Shown here: positions 54,074-64,000 of the stretch, one piece after another | Layout of the letters: the number at the start of each line of letters is the position of its first letter | Numbering within the stretch: position 1 is the stretch's first letter | NCBI GenBank assembly: GCA_012295275.1 | Contig: CM022670.1 | Coordinates: forward strand, 35,960,001 to 36,024,000 | Reading direction: 5' to 3' | Source: Chrysomallon squamiferum | Taxonomy: Eukaryota; Animalia; Mollusca | DNA: 64,000 bases | Position numbers and translations under genes: made by a program | Notes under the pieces: model-generated | Seen by the model: the letters and a program-made list of their open reading frames with translations, nothing else | Told to the model about the DNA's origin: nothing | Database searches by the model: none

Positions 54074-54450
54074 ATGACTGCATATAATTAGTCTTAACAT
54101 AAATTAGATTGTGCTTTCTTTTTCATTGACAAATTATTTAAACTTTGTAATTTCACAATTTAAGAAAGCGCAAAAAGGTAGGAAAATGGATATTTTATAC
54201 AATAAATGTTTTAATTTTAAATGTTTTATAATTATTTTTATTATTTATTTTTTTATATTCATTGTTTTTTTTATTATTATTATCTGGGTTTTTTTGTTAA
54301 TCTTGCAGCTTCTAAAAAGTTGTCAAAAAAGAATGAAAGCCTTAAAGTCACCCCCCAAAAATAAAAATTATGAAAAAGTTCATGACATACCAAAATGGAA
54401 ATTACATCAGGAAGTCTATGCTGCTATCAAAGAAATCTCATTAAAAGAAG
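51825..54450 (+). CDS. TRIM RBCC module (C3HC4 RING, B-box2, coiled coil, COS-like linker)
   Basis: [28 protein letters not shown]...FDCPLCR; [11 protein letters not shown]; [23 protein letters not shown]...CSKH. The 96-nt and 234-nt phase-0 coiled-coil exons are the sizes typical of TRIM genes. No SPRY, NHL or FN3 domain follows. Confidence 0.93.
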
Positions 54451-57400
54451 GTCATTTTTATTATTATTTTGTTTTTTTTAGTTTTTATTTATTCTGTCTT
54501 CTCTTGAAATTTAATGCAGTTTTCAAATGCAATTTTTGAACTGTTGATGTTCTCTGATCTTATCTGAATAGTCCTTAACCAAATGCCTGCTACAGCATGG
54601 CCAGAACCTAAAATACATTCATTTCAGTTTATCATTAAATAAAGCCTTTCTTTCATTCATTCCTTTTTAAAATAATCAGCATGCATTACTTGAAAACTTC
54701 TTGTAATCTGAACTAAAGAGTGGAAGTAAAGCTGAAATAATTTTGTTGTATTTGTTCATTTTTGTTTTTGCTTGTATAATTAAAGAAAAATATTTATAAT
54801 CATAATATTATTTTTCAAACTGACTTCCTCCTCCCCGTTTCTTATTATTTAGTAAATAGTAGATTAATATATTTGAATTCCTGTGCATTCAGAAGACATG
54901 TATGATGAACCAGAGAAAAGAGCTCAGCAACTGCCAGATCTGTTTTTGGATCGAAAGCTCCTGGAGGTGGAAGTGAGTGTTTCAACACTGTATGAATACC
55001 TACTTTAGAAAAAACTTATCACAAACATTATTTATTTATTTATTTATTACATATATATTAAGTAATAATTTCTAAATCTCCTTTGTAAGATTAAAACAGT
55101 TATTAAAGTTACACGAGATGATGTTAACTAATAGTTGTATTTTTGTTTTGTTTTACAAGCAAATTTTTCTTTGTTTGTGAACATTTTAATTATTGCAATT
55201 ACTTGATGATTATTTTATGACTTTATAATCAGCTGTCCTTTCAATCTGTTTACATCAAAAACTCAGCTTATTTACATTTAATTAGGTTTTATTTAATTAT
55301 TTATTTATTTTATTTTATTGTTTATTTATTAAATCATTATTTAAACTGAAACTTTTGCACTTTTCATCAACGGGTACAGTGTACAGGTATAATTTAATTC
55401 CTTAATAAAGATAAATTTTACAGTATTCGTTATTGATGTTGTTTTAAATTAACTTCATGACTTTAATGTTTGACAGGTATCTGATTCTTTCCAGATAACC
55501 ATAATAATTTCATAAATATCATTTCTAAAACATTGTCTTTTAATTAGAGAAACATCAGACCTCTGAATCTAAATTTGGAATATTTAATGATCACACAGAA
55601 GTGATTTGCTTTTCTGATATTATTTAATGCAAGATTAAGCAAATATTTGCCAAACAGAAATATTTTTTAATTATTTCTCCTATGTACATGTGAATAAATC
55701 TGTTTTGTATAAAATGTTCTGCAATGACAAAGGTTGTTACACTTTTTCAGGTGCTTTTGGTACAAATAATATAAGTTGGTACTTATGTTAGAAGTATTTA
55801 AGTTTATTTTTCTATGTTTGCAGCAACATTTGGTTCTTCTACACCGTTTGGACAAAGTGAGTGAAACATCATAACCTCTTAATTAATGAGCTGAGGAATA
55901 CAAAATATATCAAGATGTAAAACAACTACTGCTGTCAAGTTTCTACCATCTTTCAGGACATAATGCACATAAATTGAGTACTAAAATATATATCTACATT
56001 CTTGATAATACCGAGGTCAGTTATAAACCACTAAAATAAATTGTTTTTGAGATTCACTACTGATTTACATTAAACAAAACACATTTATCTTTTTCTGTGT
56101 AAAGGCAGTAGTACATTTGGTGCAAAGCCAACTCCTGCATTTGGATCTTCGACTCCAGCCACAGGTGGATTGTTTGGCGCTTCCTCAACAGGTACAGGTG
56201 GATTGTTTGGTCAGACACAGACCACATCAACATTTGGCCAATCTTCCAACTTAAGTAAGGGAAATTGTTTATAGCGTACATTATGGATACTGATTATTAT
56301 ATGTATATGTATTATCTGCTCTTTGGTTGTTATATTTCATTACTTCATTAATCAAAAATTACATTTCTGACATTTGTCATGCATGGCTGTCTTTATAAAA
56401 AATAAAAAACAAAAAAGCCAAAAAATACTCCATAACTGGTAAGATTGGTCCAAAGAAAATATTATTTTCTTGTGGTCTGTAAATAAATGGAACTAAATTT
56501 ACTAATCCTGTTGTTTAACACTGTTTTGTTTCCAGCCCCTGTAATTTAGATGAATAAATTGTGATTATAACATGTAAATATCATTATAATGGTTTTGATT
56601 TTTGTTCTATATGGAATGAACAGTATTATTACTCACACAAATTCTTGTGAAATAAAAATTCATGGTTCAGTCAGTATTTTATTCTTATGTTTAAAGCGTT
56701 TTTGTGTTATTGTGAAAATACATATGGTTATTTTTTACATTTGCAGTATTTGAAAATAGTGTGTTAGAACTGTTGCTTTACTTTTATTGTATTTTCAGCA
56801 TTGAATTATTGTGATTGTATTGTTGATGAAATATTTCTTTATATTATCTTATTTCACTTGCAGCATTTGGAAGTACATGTAATAGAAGTATTACTTTGTT
56901 ATTTTATTAATATCATTATCAAATGGTTGTGATTATATTGCTGAGGAAGTATTTATATTATTTCACTTGTAGCATTTGGAAGTACACCAGCTAGTACTGC
57001 AGGAGGAAGTTTGTTTGGAACACAGACTCCTTCAGGAGGTTTGTTCTCAACTCCTGCCAGTTCTGCTTTTGGGTCAAAACCTGCTGGATTTGGAAGTGAG
57101 TGTTTCAACACAAAACATCTTTTTTTTTTTTTTTTTTTTTTATACAATGTGCCTACTTTTAAAAAATAACTTTACATAGATGTATTTTAAAAAAAAAAAA
57201 TTTTTTTTTTTTTTTTTTTTTTGATAAATTGTCTTGATTTATAAATATTCATAAAATATTTTTGGATACTTAACAAGTTGTTAATGCTACTCAAGAAGAA
57301 GTGAAATTTAGTATAAAATTAATAAATACATTTTATTTTTAATTCTTTTATGGTTGATATTTATTATATAAGATAAAATGTATTTTAATACAAAACTGAA

Positions 57401-60317
57401 AGTTATGATGTGTGGTTAAAAACGTAATAATTGCTTATTAACTTATTTCACCTTCATTTACTTTTTAGCAGGTTTTGGTATAGCAACATCCACAGCCTCT
57501 GGTGGACTTTTCAGTCAGACTCCAGCCCAGTCTACAGTATTTGGCCAGTCAAGACCAGGTATACCTGTAAAAAAATTCTTGTTTGTGAACATTTTAATTA
57601 TTCCAGTTACTTGATGATTATTTTAAGACATTTTAAATTAGATGTCCTTTAAATCTGTTTAGTTAAAAAACTCAGTCAGCTAGTAAGTTGTGTTCAATTT
57701 AGAATTTACTAGATTTAAATTCATAACACATAAACATGTTTCGTGTAATTTGGGTTTTATTTTTATTTTTTTATTTTTATTTATATCATTATTTTAACTG
57801 AATTTTTTGCATTGGTTCTCTGAATGACTTTTTATATATTTTGTTCCTAGTATTTGGAGCTGCTACAACACAGAATGGAACAACAGTCAAATTCAATCCC
57901 CCTCCTGGAGAAGACACAATGATGATAAATGGCAGCTCAACAAGCATACAAACAAGACATCAGTGTATTACTGCTATGAAAGAATATGAAAACAAAAGTT
58001 TAGAGGTAACTGTTTAATAGTAAATTTGTTCTTTAACCTCTTTTCAGATTTTTTACATTCTTATTTTAAGTAAATATGTAGTTACATAATGTAATTTTGT
58101 TATTAGGAACTTCGTGTGGAGGACTATTTATCCAACAGGAAAGGAAAACAAGATGGAACAGCAGGAGGTCTGTTTGGATCTACTTCAGCTTTCACTTTTG
58201 GTAGAGGTATAAAATGAATTACTTAATGAGTATTTACATGTAATTTGGGTTTTATTTATTTATTTATTTATTTTTAAAATCATTATTTAAACTGTATTTT
58301 TTGCATTGGTTCTATGGATGATTTTTTATGTATTTTGTTTCTAGTATTTGGAGATGCTACCACACAGAATATGTTAACTGTACATGTGAATAAATCTTGT
58401 TTTGTATAAAAATTTCTCAAATGATGAAGTCTGTTACACTTTTTCAGGTGCCCTTGGTACAAATACGTCTACTAGTACAGGTGGACCGTTTTGTCAGCCT
58501 GCCCAGACAGGGCAGACAGGTGGACTGTTTGGTTCAAGCAAGCCTCTGTTTGGCAACACCTCAACCAGTACAGGAACAGCCTTTGGATTTGGAGCCAGCA
58601 CAAGCCAGACAAGTTCTCTGTTTGGACAGACTCCTGCAGCAAAGGTAAAAATAACACATACTATTTATGATTTTATTTTTTTATTGAATTTTAAAATGAA
58701 GAAGCACTTCAAAGGTAAAATTAAAAGAAATTGTCATTGTTTATCATTTTAGTCTATTCACCTATATTGTTTTGTTGGTTGAAGTGTCATGCAGAATTTT
58801 AAACTTCTTTAATTACTTATTTTATTTTTTTCAATACTGTTTTTTTTTTTTTTGACAGTCTTTAATCAAACCCCATTGATAGATTAAAATAAATGTACAT
58901 ATTTACTAATGATATAATAAAATAAATTTACCTTTGTTCTTAGTAATTATTTTTTGATACAAAGTTGTTCAGTTGCCTTTAACCCAGGTAAATATTCATC
59001 TGTTTTCTGTTAAAGCCCTCACTGTTCGGTACCACACCAGCTGCTTCAACACAACCTTCTTTGTTTGGTACCAACACATCAACATTTGGCCAGTCAGGAG
59101 GATTTGGAACCACTGGGTTTGAAACCCAAAAAACTGTAAGTACACCTTTTAGCTAAATCAAATACTGTTTTGATATGATTTTTTTTTTACACTTAATGAT
59201 CACACAGAGATGAAAAAGATTTTCTGATATTATTATCATAAAGAAATTAAAGAAGAAGAAAAAATGTTCCAGTCTTTTCAGATGATTTTCTTATACTTTT
59301 ATTTAATTGTTTTTTCTTTTTCAGTCTGGTGATCTTTATGGAAGTAAACCTACTGGTTTTGACAAAGCCACGACAACAGCATCTACTGGATTTGGTTTTG
59401 GTACAGGCAGTAATTTGTTAGCTAAACTAGTGTCATCTACATCAACCTTAGGAATTGCAACTACTACTCCATCCTTTGGAGGTTAGTTAAAATAATTATT
59501 GTGATATCTTAGTGATGTAATAATCAAGATTATTAAATTATTAGAAATACCATAATCCAGACGTAATTGTCAAAAAATGTAATGCTGTTGCAGCTATGAG
59601 AAATAAATGATAATCATCTAACAAATAAATTTAAATAAAAAAAAGAATTAAGCAACTATTTGCCAAACAGAAATATTTGTACATGTGAATAAATCTGTTT
59701 TGTATGAATTTTTCTGCAGTGACATAAGTTGCTACACGTTTACAGGTGCTTTTGGTACAAATACTTCTACTAGTACAGGTGGACTGTTTGGTCAGCCTGC
59801 CCAGTCTGGGCAGACAGGTGGACTGTTTGGTTCAAGCAAGCCTCTGTTTGGCAACACCTCAACCAGTACAGGAACAGCCTTTGGATTTGGAGCCAGCACA
59901 AACCAGACAAGTTCTCTGTTTGGACAGACTCCTGCAGCAAAGGTAAAAATAACAAACTATATTACTGTTTCACATTTTATTTTTTTATTGAATTGTAAAA
60001 TGTAATATTTTTCTTAGTAATTATTTTTTTAATACACAATTGTGCAGTCGCCTTTAGCCGTGGTAAATATTCATCTGTTTTCTATTAAAGCCCTAACTGT
60101 TCAGTGCTATACCAGCTTCTTCAACACAACCTTCTAAATTAAATACTGTTTTGATATGACTTTTTTCGCATTTAATGATGCCACAGAAATGAAACAGCTT
60201 TTCTGATATTATTTAATGCAATATTAAGCGAATATGTTGTTAATAATTAAGAAATTAGAGAAGAAATAATAATAAAAATATCTGTATATTCTTCATCTTT
60301 TCAGATGATTTTCTTAT

Positions 60318-60362
<45 letters not shown>

Positions 60363-61690
60363 GTATTTGTTTATCCAAAATAGGTAGGTTTTTGCATGCT
60401 TGATATCTTGTGAATGAATCTTAAACTTTACTTGCACACACAGAAAAATGACAAAATCTAAATACATATTTCTCAAAATTTATATCAGAATTTAAGATTT
60501 AAACTAAATTAAAAACTTTTTATATTATGTATCAAACAGAGTTGTATATTAATTTCAATTCTATAATTCATTGATTTAAAATGATGTTGACCCCTTTTTG
60601 TATATAACATTTAAACAATACTGTTGATGTTTTCAAAAAATATTTACAAAATATCAATAATTTAATCATCTTTCAGGTTGTTTTCTTAAGAATATTCAAC
60701 TCGGTTGAAAGGCCTGAGAATAGAAACTGTAGTAGTTAACCTGACAATACTCTAATGCATTTAACCTTATCATAGGACATGTTATATTTCTTCTAATTTT
60801 TCAGAAAGTGCATATTAAAGTTTTATCATCCGTTTGGCCTTCAACCATATAAAGTAGATATGACACCATTTAACTAGCTTAAAGATGTGTTTTTACTAAG
60901 GAAAATGTTTTTTTATTTTTTTAACTACATTTTTAGTTTTGATAAAACTGTTACTTTGTCTCCTATCTTTATCAGCAAGACCTCAAATCCAAGACTGGAA
61001 TTAGAACTACTTCATCAACAAGTAAGGTATGTGATGAATGGTATTTTGTGTATGTAGAAATATTTTCAAAGGACTGAAACATCAGTACAAAATACACATT
61101 GACCCTTAATGTATGTATGAGCGATTTTTTCTGTGTGATATATATATATGGAAACTGACTGTTAGAGGGATCATCAGAAAATAAAATTATTTAAAGTAGA
61201 AAATAAAATGAATTAAAGCTGAAAATATTTGATCAGTTGCAAAATATCTGAGTTAATCCAGAATTGTTGTTTATTGAACTTATGATATAGTAATGGTGGA
61301 TGCTGTTTTAAATTGTAGGAAATATTTACATTTATTTTAATTTGCAATACAACTAAAAAAACCATTTTTATTAGATTCAAAGTTCAGTCTTAATATAAAT
61401 AACAAATAATTATACATTTTAATCAAATCTTGTTTTAGGTATGTCCAACCAGTATGTTACCATTTGCTTCAGCAGTGACTGCTACTACTACTACTACTAC
61501 TACTCCTGCTACTACTATTACTACTACTACTACTACTACTACTACAAACTTTGTAAAAATAGATCCGTTTGATTCCTCATCAGACACTTCAGTAAGTTCA
61601 GAGGAGAATGGTCAATCAGCAAACCCAGAAATATGTCCTACTTCAAACAGATCGAAATCAAATTCAGATACTGATGATGAAGAATGGTAG
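51825..61690 (+). CDS. Chimeric TRIM (RING-Bbox2-coiled coil) / Nup98-derived FG-GLEBS protein (~859 aa in the model that skips exon 54893-54972)
   Basis: Exons 51825-51962, 52349-52693, 53410-53505, 53752-53985, 54309-54450 (phase 1), then 55824-55856, 56105-56254, 56973-57095, 57469-57558, 57851-58005, 58107-58206, 58448-58644, 59016-59135, 59325-59481, 59746-59942, 60976-61026, 61439-61690 (TAG). Total 2580 nt, all GT-AG, no internal stops. Probable non-coding 5' exons end at about 50993 (C|gtaagt) and span about 51244-51271. Joining the two halves in one mRNA is inferred. Confidence 0.72.
55824..59942 (+). CDS. NUP98: Nup98-derived FG/GLFG repeat exons with GLEBS motif (partial Nup98 copy)
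   Basis: About 35 FG dipeptides (6 GLFG) in S/T/G/A/Q spacers. GLEBS at 57851-58005 plus 58107-58206: [55 protein letters not shown], closely matching the Nup98 GLEBS consensus. No native Nup98 start exon, autoproteolytic domain or Nup96 seen. Confidence 0.92.
60091..60140 (+). pseudogene. Decayed duplicate of FG exon 59016-59135
   Basis: Same acceptor context (taaag|CCC), but TCA>TAA at codon 2 and the 3' half including the donor is deleted. Confidence 0.8.
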
Positions 61691-61847
61691 AAATGGTCAT
61701 TGAAGTCACATCAGTTTTCCAGTTTTCAGACTCAAAGACTTCAAAATCAAGAGATAATCCTGAGATAACTGCTGTATCATTAGAGAAACTAAAGTCCTGA
61801 TGTGACAACAACTAATACAAGTTTGGTTGTCAGAGCTTGAAAATCAG

Positions 61848-61888
<41 letters not shown>

Positions 61889-62057
61889 TACACATACACA
61901 CACACACAGATATTTAGTTTGTATGATGTACTTATAATAATAGAAAAAAAGAACTAGAACAATCTTTTTAAAAAAAAATTCCTCAAAAAGTGATTGCAAT
62001 TACTTTAATTCAGTTTACGTTTTTGGCAACAACATGATGTATATATGCTATATGCGG

Positions 62058-62525
62058 GTTATTTCTTTTTTATATTTAAATGTACTTGATTTTACGACGA
62101 AAGCTATCTTAATCTTTTGTTGACAAAAATTATTTTCATCACGTGATCTCTGTCTCTACACAAGTCTTGATTTTCAGACCCTGCTGTTGTTTCTATTTGT
62201 GTTAGAGGATATTGTAGTTTGAACTGCGAAGCGAAAGTAGAAATCTTTACGTTCCATTTAATTCTTCAAATGTTTTACAGTACAAGTATATATATATATA
62301 TATATATATATATGTGATTATTAATTATTATCATGTAGTACATCAACATTTTGTTTCTACTAAGAATAAATGCATGGTATTAAAGGAGTTATGACTGAGT
62401 GACTTTGAAAGCAGAAATTTTGAAGTAAATTTAACTAATATTTATCTTTTTCTATTTAAACCGTCTTATAAATATACTTTTTTTTTTTTTTTTTTTTTGT
62501 GTTGTTGAAACTTTGTTATTTCCAA
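62058..62525. repeat. Right copy of the long direct repeat of 49856-50283
   Basis: Colinear alignment by eye with scattered substitutions and expanded (TA)n and T tracts. Confidence 0.9.
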
Positions 62526-62799
62526 GTTTTATGTGTTTTATCTTGAGAGAGTCTCTTTCAGATATTATTGTTTTGTGCTGAAGGATTTCCCTCAACTATC
62601 TTTACAAGAACGTTAATCTTTCATTGACTCTGTCACAGGGAGTTATGCCCCCTGAAAAAAGACGTCCATTCCTTTGGCTAATTTGACTCTCCTTTTAACA
62701 TGGTTATAAGCCTTTCATACATTAGTCACATAAATATATTTTTATGTTTTCGTTATATTTTCTTCAAGTAATTCAGTGTGGATATGTGTATTTGATTCT

Positions 62800-63453
62800 A
62801 GGGAAAAAAAGTATCAGGAAAAAGTCAGAGAACAAAATAACAGAAGACAAAAGGCACAGCGAAAAAGTTACAATTTTTAATTAAGGTAACAAATGGAAGA
62901 TAGATTAAACAGATTTTGTCAGAGGTTTTTGTTAATGTTCTTTGTTTTTAATTTGAGTGCATTAGGCAGATGTTCCACTCAATACCACGATGAAATCTGA
63001 CAATTACAACTAGATCTTTTGCATGTTTGTTATACATGAACCCCTCATAAAATATTTTGTTACCACCCTTACTGCTATGAATAACTTCCTTATTAAACAT
63101 ACTTCTGATACTAGAGGAAACTGGAGAATATACAGTGAAACACATTTTAACCTGGGACATTTTATAAATCTTTTACAATAGGAAGCCCTTAGTTTAAATC
63201 TATCCTAATCAGTAAGCAAGAGCTAATCCTGCCAAACTGATCCTAATTAATAAGTGTAGCAAGTCGCCATCCCTGCACAATATGAAGCCCCTTTCTTCAG
63301 TCTAGCCTAATCAATAAGTTTAACAATTACCCCATGCATACTATGATGCTACATTCAATACTCTACAAACCCATAGATAATGACTTTTTTCCTGTGATTT
63401 ATTTTCCTATACTAAATTGTGACTTTTTTCTGTGACTTTTTTCCCAGCCACCG
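62800..63453 (-). mobile_element. Non-autonomous Mutator-like (MULE) remnant with FLYWCH fragment
   Basis: Minus-strand VIHSSKGGNKIFYEGFMYNKH resembles a FLYWCH N-terminus. Inverted GGAAAAAAGTCACA-type subterminal repeats at about 62800-62875 and 63381-63453. Confidence 0.65.
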
Positions 63454-64000
63454 TTTATTCCTGAAATATGTTTGTAGGTCAAAGAAGTTCTAATCAACTG
63501 CTATACCGTGTAATTTGCATACTGCTGTAAATATTTTACGTAGTTGATATATGGTGGATATACAAAGAGACGAAGCAAGGGCGGGGTGAGGGAGCAGTTA
63601 TTCTCGGGTGCAGGTATAAAGAAGTGCAATATTTTTTTATTTTTTTTTTTTTTTTTTTAAATGCCTGTTAAAATTATGTTCACTTTTCTATCATACGTAA
63701 CATCCTTGTTTCTGGGCGCGATGATAATGGACTTTAATTTTGGCCAGGTAGAAATGGTAATTGATTGTTATTTCAGAGAATAAACTTACAAAATATATAT
63801 AATAAAACATTCCACGGATAAGTCAAGTGGGTACGCCAAAATTGTATTCGCCCAAGGACGCCAAGAACCCAATCTATACCTTGAATATATTATATATAAT
63901 ATAGTGTGGAAGCAAAAAACAAACAACAAAAAAACGACCTGAACTTTATCAGCTCATTTCACAAAAAAGCATTTTAAAGTTTCTAAAAATGTACATAAAG

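Noticed and set aside
54853-54972. Alternative upstream acceptor giving a 120-nt junction exon
   Set aside because: It has TGA TGA at 54903-54908 in the needed frame and stops in the other two frames.
55824-61690. This is simply the canonical Nup98-96 gene
   Set aside because: No Nup98 start exon, autoproteolytic domain or Nup96 exons. Decayed exon copies and a terminal stop at 61690 are followed by the promoter repeat and a transposon. A continuation beyond the window cannot be fully excluded.

Overview
AT-rich, microsatellite-dense, intron-containing invertebrate genomic DNA. An intact nicotinamidase argues against a vertebrate; a mollusc-like origin is only my impression. Reading GT-AG junctions by hand gives four multi-exon genes. 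Two are divergent CNBD2-like cyclic-nucleotide-binding paralogs arranged tail-to-tail (+ 13857-22728; - 39724-28333). The third is an EF-hand nicotinamidase (- 49850-42723). The fourth, head-to-head with it, is the standout: a chimeric gene (+ 51825-61690) in which a TRIM RING/B-box/coiled-coil module is followed, with compatible splice phase, by intron-containing Nup98-derived exons. These carry about 35 FG/GLFG motifs and an intact GLEBS (Rae1-binding) motif, have no Nup98 autoproteolytic domain or Nup96, and end in a new Thr-rich/acidic tail. This resembles a natural TRIM-nucleoporin decoy or restriction-factor architecture (inference). The unit is bracketed by ~430-470 bp direct repeats and shows internal exon duplications. 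Its junction exon is one base short of being in frame, so the fusion needs RNA confirmation. The window also holds a decayed LINE, several MITEs, a MULE/FLYWCH remnant and four minisatellites. All gene models are hand-derived and not checked against transcripts or databases.
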